Of a DNA stretch of 64,000 bases, positions 28,266 to 37,833 are shown piece by piece (within the stretch, counting starts at the first letter, position 1; the number at the start of each line of letters is the position of its first letter). The DNA is taken from the NCBI GenBank assembly GCA_964550615.1, contig CAZKAB010000002.1, positions 15,731 through 79,730 on the forward strand, written 5' to 3'. The translations under genes were made by a program, and so were the position numbers. Under the pieces are notes generated by a model that was not told where the DNA came from, made no database searches, and saw only the letters and a list, made by a program, of their open reading frames with translations. This DNA comes from an uncultured Thermotogae bacterium (GTDB taxonomy: Bacteria > Bipolaricaulota > Bipolaricaulia > UBA7950 > UBA9294).

Positions 28266-29219
28266 CTAGGATAGGTACTTTTCTGCCTCGATTGCGGCAA
28301 TGGCTCCGTCTGCGGCGGCGATTACCGCCTGTGCGTAGCGGCTTGCCCCGACGCGAACGTCGCCGGCAGCGAACACGCCAGGAAGATTGGTGCGCAGATG
28401 ATCGTCGGTGATGACGTACCCGCGATCGTCAAGACTGATAACACCGTCAATGAACGCGGTGTCCGGGATATGCCCGATGTTTACGAATAAACCGTCGATC
28501 GGAATCTCTTCGATCTTGCCGGTAGAGATGTCTTTCAACAACACGCCGGTAACGCGATCCTGGCCGATCACCTTCTCTACCACCCTGTTCCACAGAAATC
28601 TAACCTTGGGGTTCTCTTCCGAGCGTTGTCTTATGATCTTCGATGCCCTAAGTGCATGCGGATCATTCTCGGGGTGGCGGATTACGATTCCCACCGACTC
28701 GGCGAACTTGGTAAGAAAGAGGGCTTCGGTTAGACCGGAGTCTCCCGCCCCGACCTCAAGGATGTGCTTCCCTAGGAAAAAGTAGCCGTCACACGTGGCG
28801 CAATAGGATACCCCCTTACCCTTTAGTCGTTTTGCTCCATCTGCTGGAAGCTCGCGAGGGTGTGATCCACTGGCAATAATGACCGCGCGGGCATCGTAGT
28901 CTTGCTGTGTTCCATGTACGCGATATCCGTCCTCGAGTGGTTGGATGGCCTTCGCTACATCGAGAATGATCTGTGCGCCGAGACGTTCGGCTTGGGTGCG
29001 CATTCGGCCCATCAGTTCAGTTCCTCCGATCTTCTCTGCGAATCCCGGGAAGTTTTCGATGAAGTCGGTCTCATTCAGTTGCCCCCCGGGGAGCCCCTTC
29101 TCCAAGATTGTCGTTGACAGAAGAGCACGACCGGAGTATATAGCGGCCGTCAGGCCGGCAGGGCCGGCTCCGATGATTAGAAGATCAGTGTTTATGGGAC
29201 TTTTCATAATGCGTATCAT
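28266..29219 (-). CDS. trxB: Thioredoxin-disulfide reductase
   Basis: FAD motif GAGPAG, redox-active CATCDG, and NADPH motif GAGDSG. Confidence 0.85.
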   Translation of the reverse strand: MIRIMKSPINTDLLIIGAGPAGLTAAIYSGRALLSTTILEKGLPGGQLNETDFIENFPGFAEKIGGTELMGRMRTQAERLGAQIILDVAKAIQPLEDGYRVHGTQQDYDARAVIIASGSHPRELPADGAKRLKGKGVSYCATCDGYFFLGKHILEVGAGDSGLTEALFLTKFAESVGIVIRHPENDPHALRASKIIRQRSEENPKVRFLWNRVVEKVIGQDRVTGVLLKDISTGKIEEIPIDGLFVNIGHIPDTAFIDGVISLDDRGYVITDDHLRTNLPGVFAAGDVRVGASRYAQAVIAAADGAIAAIEAEKYLS

Positions 29220-29231
29220 TATAGTCCCGAT

Positions 29232-29453
29232 CTACTGAAGGTCAAAATCATCGATTGCGAATGATCCCTTTGTCTGTTCCAATACGGTCTTTACGCGCAA
29301 TCGAGCCTCGTCAAGGGCGGAATTCACTTTGGTCGCGAGAGACACTCCCTCTTCGAACAAGACAAGTGCCTCTTCAAGTGGAATGTCGTCCTGTTCCAAG
29401 CGCTTGGTTATCTCTTCCAGCCGACCAAGACTATCATCGATCTTCATCTTCAT
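29232..29453 (-). CDS. xseB: Exodeoxyribonuclease VII small subunit
   Basis: 73-aa coiled-coil protein with the XseB pattern (…LEEALVLFEEGVSLATKVNSALDEA…). Overlaps the xseA stop. Confidence 0.8.
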   Translation of the reverse strand: MKMKIDDSLGRLEEITKRLEQDDIPLEEALVLFEEGVSLATKVNSALDEARLRVKTVLEQTKGSFAIDDFDLQ

Positions 29454-30663
29454 TCACCTCCTCGATTCGGGATACTATGAGGCCACGCGACAGACGAGTC
29501 TCGATCAACTTGCCCAGTGCTGCGTCGGCCGCATCGCGCAATACTCTTTCCTGCCCGGCAATGCGTGTGATTGAATAGCCCCGCTGCAGAGGAAGATCTG
29601 GGTTTGAGAGGCGGATCAGTCCACGCATTCGTTTGAGTTCGCGCGCACGGTTCACCAACGCCCGCTGCATTGCACGCAGCATAAGTTGAGTTAAAAGGTC
29701 GAGTCGCTGTGCAAGCGACTCAACCTTGCGAACCGGGATGCGGAGAACATAGCTGCGCATGGTCGTGTTTATCTTCTCATCTGAGCGATCGATGCGTGCA
29801 CGCACGCGACGCACGTGCTGAGAGATCATCCCTCGTAGTCCTCTGCGCAGGTCGTCTTGATCCGGGAACACGATCTCGGCCGCCGCCGACGGTGTCGGCG
29901 CGCGCCTGTCGGCGACGAAGTCTGCTATGGTGAAATCGATCTCGTGTCCGATGGCGGATACAATGGGGGTTCGACACGCGTAGATCGCCCGTGCCACGCG
30001 CTCGTCGTTGAAGACGTTCAGATCCTCGAGCGAACCGCCACCACGGCCGACAATAAGAAGGTCAAGGTGTGTTTCCATCTTGCTGAACTCGTCCGCGCAT
30101 GCGATTGCCTCCGCAATCTCGAGTGGAGCTTTCTCTCCTTGAACCGCACTTGGGAACAAGTAGATCTGGGCGAGCGGCCAGCGGCGAGCGGCAACGGAGA
30201 CGATATCGCGGAACGCTGCACCGGTGGAGGAAGTAACGACCCCAATTTGCATTGGATAACGTGGGATGGGAAGTTTGTGCGCCTCGTCGAACAGGCCCTC
30301 TTGTTGGAGCCGCTGCTTCAGTCGCTCAAACGAAAGCTGGAGTGCCCCCAATCCGGCTGGCTGGATAAGCGAGACGATAAACTGATACTGCCCCCGCGGT
30401 TCGTACAGCGACACCCTTCCATATGCAATCACTTCCATGCCTGATTCCAGTGTTTGAGAAGGGAGAAGGGTTGACGCTGAACGGAAGCGTACGGCAGCGA
30501 TCTCGGCGCTCTTGTCCTTGAGAGTAAAGTATGTGTGGCCGGAGGGAGCGCGCTTGAGATTGGAGATTTCTCCGCGTAGCCAAACCGACCCGATCCCGTC
30601 CTCTATCACCTGTCGGACGGTGCTGTTGATCTCGGAGATAGTGTATACGTGTTCCGGTTCCAT
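29434..30663 (-). CDS. xseA: Exodeoxyribonuclease VII large subunit
   Basis: OB-fold N-terminus and catalytic domain similarity. Start refined to the MEPEHVYTISE… ATG at 30663. The 159-aa ORF-track extension is rejected as basic, low-complexity, and overlapping rnpA antisense. Confidence 0.8.
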   Translation of the reverse strand: MEPEHVYTISEINSTVRQVIEDGIGSVWLRGEISNLKRAPSGHTYFTLKDKSAEIAAVRFRSASTLLPSQTLESGMEVIAYGRVSLYEPRGQYQFIVSLIQPAGLGALQLSFERLKQRLQQEGLFDEAHKLPIPRYPMQIGVVTSSTGAAFRDIVSVAARRWPLAQIYLFPSAVQGEKAPLEIAEAIACADEFSKMETHLDLLIVGRGGGSLEDLNVFNDERVARAIYACRTPIVSAIGHEIDFTIADFVADRRAPTPSAAAEIVFPDQDDLRRGLRGMISQHVRRVRARIDRSDEKINTTMRSYVLRIPVRKVESLAQRLDLLTQLMLRAMQRALVNRARELKRMRGLIRLSNPDLPLQRGYSITRIAGQERVLRDAADAALGKLIETRLSRGLIVSRIEEVNEDEDR

Positions 30664-30754
30664 CGCGAAAACAGAGTTTAGCTTGCCGGACCTGCAAAAG
30701 GAAGGAGCTCGATGATTCTTGCACCAGGGAGCGGAGTTGGCTATAGTTGCGGAT

Positions 30755-31210
30755 ATGTGTAGCGGCGACGATGGCCGGTTTCCCGTGCGGATGCGCCTCA
30801 AGAGGAGAGCGGACTTCGATAGTGTTTTCCGCCAAGGAAAGTTGTGGCGGGGTGAGTATTTCCATTTTCGCGTGATCAAGCGCGCGCAAGAGGCGCGAAT
30901 GGGAATAAGTGTTTCGCGACGGTTTGGAAACGCTGTCGAGCGGAACAGAGTGAAACGGTTGATAAGGGACGTCTTCAGACGCCACAAGGCTTCCTTCTTT
31001 GGGGCGGAGTTTATCGTTTGCCCGCGCAAGGAGTGCAAAGGCAGGCATCTGGCGGAGATCGAGCGCTTCCTGCTCGAAGAGTTCTCGGCGGCAATCAGTG
31101 CAGAGGTGAAACATGGAAAAAGAGATAGTCTTCCTGACAAAAGAAGGACATGCCTTAATGCAGGAGGAACTGGACAAGGCGAAGAAGATCCTCTACGAAG
31201 AGATACCTGA
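30755..31210 (+). CDS. rnpA: Ribonuclease P protein component
   Basis: Strong match to RnpA including the RNR motif (GNAVERNRVKRLIRDVF). Start ambiguous: ATG 30755 or 30791. The 3' tail overlaps greA by 98 nt. Confidence 0.75.
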   Translation: MCSGDDGRFPVRMRLKRRADFDSVFRQGKLWRGEYFHFRVIKRAQEARMGISVSRRFGNAVERNRVKRLIRDVFRRHKASFFGAEFIVCPRKECKGRHLAEIERFLLEEFSAAISAEVKHGKRDSLPDKRRTCLNAGGTGQGEEDPLRRDT

Positions 31211-31592
31211 GAAGCTCAAGGCGTCGAAGCTGAACGGCGGCGATCTGCGAGAGAACAAAGAGTACATGTTCCTGCAGAGCGAGCAACAATACTACGAGCG
31301 TGAGGTGCACCGCCTTACAAGTGTTCTCGATTCGGCGGAGATCATTCCCGAAGACCAGATTTCCTATGACGAGATCGGCATCGGTACGCGTTTCATACTC
31401 CAGGATATGGAGATTATGGAAAGCGGGACATTCAGCCTTGTGAGTTCGGCCGAAGTGGACCTGGAGAAAGGGAAGATATCAATGGATTCACCAGTTGGGC
31501 AGGCACTTATCGGAAAACACGAAGGGGAACAGGTTAAGGTCGAACTGCCCTGGGGGGACGTTCACTTCCGTGTCATCGCGATCAACAAGTAA
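31113..31592 (+). CDS. greA: Transcription elongation factor GreA
   Basis: GreA N-terminal coiled-coil and C-terminal FKBP-like domain. GAGGTGA RBS. Confidence 0.9.
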   Translation: MEKEIVFLTKEGHALMQEELDKAKKILYEEIPEKLKASKLNGGDLRENKEYMFLQSEQQYYEREVHRLTSVLDSAEIIPEDQISYDEIGIGTRFILQDMEIMESGTFSLVSSAEVDLEKGKISMDSPVGQALIGKHEGEQVKVELPWGDVHFRVIAINK

Positions 31593-31594
31593 TA

Positions 31595-33064
31595 ATGACA
31601 GAATCACCGATGCAGGCAAGGGTTGCAAAGCTTGAAAACCTGCGCGCGAAAGGAATAGATCCGTATCCGCCGCGTTTCTATCCCAGCCACTCAGCCTTTC
31701 GAATTGTGGAACAGTACTCGCCGCTTGCTCCGGAAGAGCACAGTGGCGAAGAAGTGATAATTGCCGGCCGGCTTACTGCGATGAGGCAAATGGGAAAGGC
31801 GGCGTTCCTCGATTTGCGCGACGGCACCGGTAAGATGCAGGTACACGCAACGGTAGACAATCTCGGGGAAGAGAGGTATCACGATCTGTGTGACAACGAC
31901 ATTGGAGACTTTCTCGGCGTCAGCGGAGAGGTGTTCCGCACCAAACGGGGAGAGCTTACAGTCGCTGTAAACAGATGGCAATTGATCTCCAAGTCGCTTA
32001 GGCCATTGCCCGAGAAGTGGCACGGTCTCAAGGATGTTGAACTCCGTTACCGCCACCGTTCTCTCGATCTTATTTCCAACCACGAGGTGCGTGAGGCGTT
32101 TGCCCGACGATCGCACATGATTGCCGGCATGCGACGGCTACTCGATGGCCGCGGTTTTCTGGAAGTCGAAACACCAATGATGCAGCCGATTGCCGGCGGC
32201 GCCACGGCGAGGCCGTTCGTCACTCATCACAACGCACTTGACATTGACCTGTACCTTCGCGTTGCTCCCGAGTTGTACCTCAAACGGCTGGTGGTTGGAG
32301 GGTTGGAGCGGGTGTACGAGCTTGCGAAGAACTTCCGTAACGAAGGGGTATCCACGACGCACAACCCTGAGTTCACCACCCTGGAGATATATGAGGCGTA
32401 CGCCGATTATGAAGTGATGATGTCACTTGCTGAGGAAGTCGTACGGGCGGGAGTCCAAGCGGCTCTGGATACGACTGAGATTTCGTACCAAGGTGACAAG
32501 ATAGATCTTTCCGTACCGTGGAGACGGATATGCCTACTCGACTCGGTGGAACAAGCTACCGGCCTCTCTGTTTCCGGCGTAACAAAGCAAGAGATCGAGG
32601 ATCAGGCACGCGAAAAAGGAATCGAGATTCCTCCGCTATCACGAGGAAAGCTGATCGAACACCTGTTCGAGAAATTTGTTGAGCCGACATTGCTCGCTCC
32701 CACCATAGTGAAGGACTTCCCGACAGAGATTTCACCGCTTGCCAAGCCAAAAATGGGACAAGAAGGCATTGTTGAGCGCTTCGAGCTGTACGCCGGCGGA
32801 ATGGAGCTTGCCAATGCGTTCACCGAGCTGAACGATCCGCTAGACCAACGTAGACGTTTCGAGGCACAGGAACAGCTACGTGCTGCGGGTGACGATGAAG
32901 CACAACGAGTGGATGAGGATTTCCTGTTTTCTCTCGAACATGGGATGCCACCAACAGGTGGAATCGGTTTTGGGATCGATCGCTTGGCGATGCTGGTCAC
33001 CGACTCTCGCTCGATCAGAGATGTGATTCTCTTCCCCGCGTTGCGAAGTAGAGGAGAGAAATGA
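31595..33064 (+). CDS. lysS: Lysine--tRNA ligase (class II)
   Basis: Class II LysRS motifs 1-3, and the conserved greA-lysS adjacency. Confidence 0.9.
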   Translation: MTESPMQARVAKLENLRAKGIDPYPPRFYPSHSAFRIVEQYSPLAPEEHSGEEVIIAGRLTAMRQMGKAAFLDLRDGTGKMQVHATVDNLGEERYHDLCDNDIGDFLGVSGEVFRTKRGELTVAVNRWQLISKSLRPLPEKWHGLKDVELRYRHRSLDLISNHEVREAFARRSHMIAGMRRLLDGRGFLEVETPMMQPIAGGATARPFVTHHNALDIDLYLRVAPELYLKRLVVGGLERVYELAKNFRNEGVSTTHNPEFTTLEIYEAYADYEVMMSLAEEVVRAGVQAALDTTEISYQGDKIDLSVPWRRICLLDSVEQATGLSVSGVTKQEIEDQAREKGIEIPPLSRGKLIEHLFEKFVEPTLLAPTIVKDFPTEISPLAKPKMGQEGIVERFELYAGGMELANAFTELNDPLDQRRRFEAQEQLRAAGDDEAQRVDEDFLFSLEHGMPPTGGIGFGIDRLAMLVTDSRSIRDVILFPALRSRGEK

Positions 33065-33633
33065 TACACGCTTGGTCCCGCGTAATGAGCCGGGTGGATC
33101 AGTTTATCGAGGCGCTCCTGCGCTGGGATGAGAACATGCTGGAGTCGATCAGCGATCATCCTGGGCTCAAAAGCGTTTCCATGATGTTGGTCACGGCCAC
33201 CTACATGGGCGACGGCTATCTGTGGGGAGGGTTAGCGCTCGGCCTCATCCTGTTTGGGAGCGCGGTTGATCGTGCGTATGTGTTGATCGGACTGGGCGTA
33301 TTGATCGCGAGCATCGCCATCTTTCGCATGTTCAAGCTCTTGTTTGCGCGTCCAAGACCGATCCTTGTCGTCTCTCCACTTCGATCCAAGTTTCTCGACA
33401 GCTACTCCTTTCCATCAGGTCACGCCACTACATCGTTTGCGCTTGCTTGGGTGATCTCCGCATGCTACCCGCACCCGATCGTTCAAGTCAGCGTATATCT
33501 GGTAGCGATAACGATCTCTGTATCGCGCATATATATGAAGGAGCACTACCCGCTGGATGTGATGTGTGGGGCGCTCCTTGGCACGTTTACCGCTTTGTAT
33601 CTCTTCCCTCTTCTATCGCGGCTGGTCTTTTGA
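33061..33633 (+). CDS. PAP2-family phosphatase (undecaprenyl-diphosphatase-like)
   Basis: PAP2 motifs KLLFARPRP… PSGHAT… SRIYMKEHYPLDV. Confidence 0.75.
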   Translation: MIHAWSRVMSRVDQFIEALLRWDENMLESISDHPGLKSVSMMLVTATYMGDGYLWGGLALGLILFGSAVDRAYVLIGLGVLIASIAIFRMFKLLFARPRPILVVSPLRSKFLDSYSFPSGHATTSFALAWVISACYPHPIVQVSVYLVAITISVSRIYMKEHYPLDVMCGALLGTFTALYLFPLLSRLVF

Positions 33634-33698
33634 GAATCGCGCTCCAGTCGCCTACAATATAGTGCGTTGTGCAACGCAGGCAACGCAAGGAGATACAA

Positions 33699-34928
33699 AT
33701 GAGAAATTTCGTTTCCAGACGGGCTTCTGGGGCAAAGCGCTCCGCGATTCGCGAGTTACTCAAACTTACGGAAAAACCGGATATCATTTCGTTTGCCGGA
33801 GGACTTCCTGCACCGGAGACGTTTCCGCATGATGAGTTTGCCGAGATAGCCGCCGACGAACTGCGCGGACATTATGAAAACGTCCTCCAGTACGGCCTTA
33901 CCGAAGGAAGTCTGACCCTGAGGCGCGCCGTAATCGACTGGCTGCGGCCACATGGGCTCGATCTCACCACTGAGCAACTGCTGGTAACCACCGCTTCACA
34001 GCAAGGGATTGATCTCCTCTCCAAGGCGTTCATCGATCCTGGGGATGTGATCTTCTGCGAAGCGCCTACCTATCTGGCGGCGCTGCAGACATTCAGCCTG
34101 TTCGAGGCGGACAAGATCGCGATTCCGATGGACGATGATGGGATGAATCTCGATATTCTAGAAAAGGAGATTCAGGAAGCGCGCGCGTCTGGAAAGACAC
34201 TGAAAGCGATCTATACAATCCCGGATTTCCAGAATCCAAGCGGCATTACCATGTCTCTTGAAAAGCGAACGCGCCTCCTGGCCATAGCCAAGCGCGAGGA
34301 TCTGCTGATCTTCGAAGACGATCCATACGGGCAATTGCGATTTGCCGGCGATCCGCTGCCGTCGATTCGCAGCATGGACGATGAAGGACGCGTAATCCTT
34401 CTTCTTACCCTGTCGAAAGTTCTCGCTGCGGGCCTGCGATTGGCGATCATGGTTGCCGATAACCCACTCATGGATGTTCTTGTGCGGGTCAAGCAGGCGA
34501 GCGACCTTTGCAGTTCCAAGCTGACGCAGCATATTGCAGCCCGCTATATCAAGGAATACGGCATGGAAGAACACCTGGAATCGATACGTCACTGCTACCG
34601 CGCGAAACGGAACGCGATGATCGCGGCGCTGGAGAAGTACATGCCCGCGGATGAGGGAATCACGTGGACCCGTCCGGAGGGCGGTCTGTTCCTGTGGGTA
34701 CGACTGCCTGAAGGTATCGATACAGAGGAGATGTTCCCGCGGGCAATCGAGCAGAAGGTGGCATACGTGATTGGGAACGCCTTCTATACCGATGGGCGAG
34801 GCAGAAACGAGATGCGGCTTTCTTTCTCACTCGGCACGGAAGAGGAGATCGAAGAAGGCATCAGACGGCTGGCCCAGGTAGTACGCGCGGAGATAGCTTC
34901 GAAGAAGAAACAGGCAGTGCTCTCCTAG
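33699..34928 (+). CDS. PLP-dependent aminotransferase (class I, 2-aminoadipate/aromatic aminotransferase-like)
   Basis: Fold-type I aminotransferase with the lysine motif region (…TLSKVLAAGLRLA…). AAGGAG RBS before the ATG at 33699. Confidence 0.75.
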   Translation: MRNFVSRRASGAKRSAIRELLKLTEKPDIISFAGGLPAPETFPHDEFAEIAADELRGHYENVLQYGLTEGSLTLRRAVIDWLRPHGLDLTTEQLLVTTASQQGIDLLSKAFIDPGDVIFCEAPTYLAALQTFSLFEADKIAIPMDDDGMNLDILEKEIQEARASGKTLKAIYTIPDFQNPSGITMSLEKRTRLLAIAKREDLLIFEDDPYGQLRFAGDPLPSIRSMDDEGRVILLLTLSKVLAAGLRLAIMVADNPLMDVLVRVKQASDLCSSKLTQHIAARYIKEYGMEEHLESIRHCYRAKRNAMIAALEKYMPADEGITWTRPEGGLFLWVRLPEGIDTEEMFPRAIEQKVAYVIGNAFYTDGRGRNEMRLSFSLGTEEEIEEGIRRLAQVVRAEIASKKKQAVLS

Positions 34929-34996
34929 GGCACTGCGTGCTCTCCTAGAACATGATGGAATAACGGACCCAAGATCTGGGCTCGGAAACAAAGATA

Positions 34997-35030
34997 GCGC
35001 CAGTAGAGCACTCTATTGGCGCTTTTCGTT
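34997..35030 (+). terminator. Intrinsic terminator (stem GCGCCAGTA/TATTGGCGC plus TTTTCGTT)
   Basis: Hairpin plus T-tract 70 nt downstream of the aminotransferase stop. Confidence 0.55.
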
Positions 35031-35204
35031 CCCTTCGAGGAACAGCCGCTGGTCTAGCGCGGACGAGTGATGGCCGGCAGCAATCGAACGGAAGTCAGAT
35101 AGCTCTCGAGCGAAGGGCGACACTGCTTCGATCCCGCACAGTCGACATGCCATGAACACAGAAGGGTATCTCTCTGTCGGAGGCCTTCTTCCGAGTGCCC
35201 TTAT

Positions 35205-36257
35205 CTATTGAATGAGTCCTGGAAGACGGCCGATAACGCTTGTCAACAGCCTCACCGTATTCTCGAAGTCGTTTAGCCGCATGGTCGAAGTCGGTGAGTG
35301 GATGAACCGGCATGGGACAGATACCACGCCTGTGAGTATGCCTTCGCGTGACAAGTGGATCGCGCCGGCGTCGGTTCCCCCGTAGGTCGGCAGCTTGTAC
35401 TGATACGGGATAGCCTGTTCATCGGCCACTCGTTCCAGCGCCTCGATCAGCTTTCGCGAGACGATAATGGACCTGTCGGCAACAGTGATGGCCGGTCCGC
35501 GGCCTAGGCGTACCGGTTGGCTGCTGGCGGGGACACCTGGCATGTCGGCGCCGATTGTCCCCTCGAGAGCTATTGCAAGATCGGGCTTGACTTGGTAGGA
35601 AGCAGTGCGTGCGCCTCGAAGGCCCACTTCTTCCCCGATGACGAACGCAAACACGATGTCGATGTCGATGTCCTGTCCAGCGAAGCGACGCGCCGTCTCG
35701 ATCATCAATGCGCATCCGGCGCGGTCGTCAAATGCCTTGCCGGTCACGTATCCGTCGCTGATCTCGGTGAACGGATAATGAATGGTAAGTGGATCGCCGA
35801 TGCGTATGCCCATGTCGACTGCATCCTGCTGTGAGGCAGCACCGACATCGATGAACATATCATCAATTGCGATTGGCTTCTTCCTGTCCTCTTCGGAAAG
35901 GATGTGAGGTGGAGCGGAGCCGATTACTCCGCAGCGCTTCTCCCCGCTGCGAGTGGAGAGTTCTATGCGATGACCCGGAATAATGCGTGGGTCCCATCCT
36001 CCCAGCGGGGCGAATCGTAGGTAGCCGCTGTCCTCGATCCATTTTACGATGAACCCAACTTCATCCATGTGGGCGTCGAGCATTAGGGTGAAATCGCCTT
36101 TCCCTTTGCGGATGGCGAGTAGGTTTCCTAGGGTATCGGTTCTCAGCTCATCGACGTACGGCGAGATCAATGCCGTGATCTCTTCACGTACCTCATCCTC
36201 AAACCCGGAGACGCCGAATGCATCGGATAGCTGGCGCAGTATGTCGATCGGTTCCAT
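35205..36257 (-). CDS. M42 family peptidase (FrvX/CelM-type aminopeptidase)
   Basis: M42 metal-ligand motifs (…LDAHMDEVGF… …AFDDRAGC… …VIGEEVGLRGA…). GAGGAGG RBS before the ATG at 36257. The ORF-track start at 36401 is rejected. Confidence 0.8.
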   Translation of the reverse strand: MEPIDILRQLSDAFGVSGFEDEVREEITALISPYVDELRTDTLGNLLAIRKGKGDFTLMLDAHMDEVGFIVKWIEDSGYLRFAPLGGWDPRIIPGHRIELSTRSGEKRCGVIGSAPPHILSEEDRKKPIAIDDMFIDVGAASQQDAVDMGIRIGDPLTIHYPFTEISDGYVTGKAFDDRAGCALMIETARRFAGQDIDIDIVFAFVIGEEVGLRGARTASYQVKPDLAIALEGTIGADMPGVPASSQPVRLGRGPAITVADRSIIVSRKLIEALERVADEQAIPYQYKLPTYGGTDAGAIHLSREGILTGVVSVPCRFIHSPTSTMRLNDFENTVRLLTSVIGRLPGLIQ

Positions 36258-36489
36258 TAATGTCCTCCTCTGATTTGATGAGATTATAGATGCTGGTGAA
36301 AGGCCTGCAATCGGTTTGGAGTAGGTCTGACGCTTGATGGCCGAGTACACTTGCGATTGGCAATGCACGGCGGGAGAATCGTGTATACAGATGCTTTGCA
36401 CATTGAAACTTGTATCCTACCCAGGTGTAGTCCTATTGTTGGGGGAGTGTACCGGAAGATAGGCGGCCTTTTGATTCTAGACGGAGGTG

Positions 36490-37089
36490 ATGCGGGTGAG
36501 AAGAGCATTAGTAGTGGCAGTAATGATTATCGGCCTGGTCGGCGTTGTGGCGGTGGCACAGTGCGGTTGTGATACACCGCCTGCTGGGAGTGGTCCAGCC
36601 TGCTACACGGGGTATTGGGCAGGGGTCGATGTTTCGTTCAAGCTCGTTGTTCCCGGGGAGTACTTCTCGCAGTGTCCGGTCCCCGAGACGCCGCTCATCA
36701 CCGGATGGCGAGTCGAGACACTTGCGGGCGATATCGTCTATCAAGTGCAGTTTCCCGATGTTCCCAAGGGACATAACTTGCAGATGACCTGGAATCAGAC
36801 TGATGGACACTGCAATAACGTCGCCCTTGGTTTCTATCGGCTTGTCGTGCAGACGACGACTGCGGGAGAGTTCCAGAACTACGTACGCATTGTCGGATGG
36901 CCCGGATTCGGCGGCTGGTGCAACTGTTGTTGCGAACGGTTGGACACACGTCCTTGCTGCCCTCAGCATGTGCCGTACATCGAGATCGCGCGCTGTGATA
37001 GCAGGCCTTCATTCGTGTCATCGTTCTCCATTCAGTTCAAAGTCGAGTTGGGCGCATCAAGCAGCAGTGGTGGCTGTGGCTGTCCGTAG
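36490..37089 (+). CDS. Hypothetical secreted Cys-rich protein (signal peptide; CGCD, CNCCCERLDTRPCCPQ, GGCGCP motifs)
   Basis: N-terminal signal (VVAVMIIGLVGVVAVAQ). 17 Cys residues clustered at both ends and centrally. No recognised family. Confidence 0.45.
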   Translation: MRVRRALVVAVMIIGLVGVVAVAQCGCDTPPAGSGPACYTGYWAGVDVSFKLVVPGEYFSQCPVPETPLITGWRVETLAGDIVYQVQFPDVPKGHNLQMTWNQTDGHCNNVALGFYRLVVQTTTAGEFQNYVRIVGWPGFGGWCNCCCERLDTRPCCPQHVPYIEIARCDSRPSFVSSFSIQFKVELGASSSSGGCGCP

Positions 37090-37281
37090 TTCTTCTCACA
37101 CAGTTGCGATCTGTGTCGGGGCGATCCAGATATGACCTGGCGGCGGATCGCTCCGACAAGCTTCTCATACTCTGCGCGCGTGTTGCTTGGCTAGCACCGT
37201 GTCACCGTATTGCACACGGCAAAAACCTTCATCAGGGTGCGTTGCGTGGCGCAAGATAGATAGATAAACTCTGTTTGTCCT

Positions 37282-37833
37282 ATGTTTCTCATTGGTGCGG
37301 TCATCATCGGGGTTGTGCTTGGGTATGTCCTGAAAGGAAGGATTGTCAACCTTTCAGGACTGCATCTGCGCGCGTGGTGGCTGGTTGTCGTAGCTATGGC
37401 GATCCAGTTCTGCATATTCCCGTTATTCTCTGAACGAGCATTGTTCCCATATCTAACGACGGAGCTGCATCTTCTGTCGTACGGTTTGTTGTTCCTGTTC
37501 TTCGTCATCAATTATCGCGTGCGCGCGCTGCGGGTAATTGCCCTGGGGGCACTCTCCAATCTCCTTGTGATTTCGGTTAACAGCGGACGAATGCCGTCTT
37601 CGGCATATGCACTCGTTCGCGCGGGGCAGGCGGACATCGCCGACAAGCTCGCAGGCAGTGGTGTAGTCGGTAACATTGTGCTCATGGGGAGAGGTACGCG
37701 CCTCGATTTCCTCGGAGACTGGCTCTATCTTCCACATGGGTTCCCACTCGCAACTGCGTTTAGCGTTGGAGATTTGTTGATTGCGATGGGCCTGGTGATT
37801 CTCATTGTCCACGGGATGCGACAGCATGCCTAA
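37282..37833 (+). CDS. DUF5317-family membrane protein
   Basis: Five TM helices and a pattern typical of DUF5317. The stop overlaps the downstream acyl-CoA synthetase start. Confidence 0.5.
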   Translation: MFLIGAVIIGVVLGYVLKGRIVNLSGLHLRAWWLVVVAMAIQFCIFPLFSERALFPYLTTELHLLSYGLLFLFFVINYRVRALRVIALGALSNLLVISVNSGRMPSSAYALVRAGQADIADKLAGSGVVGNIVLMGRGTRLDFLGDWLYLPHGFPLATAFSVGDLLIAMGLVILIVHGMRQHA

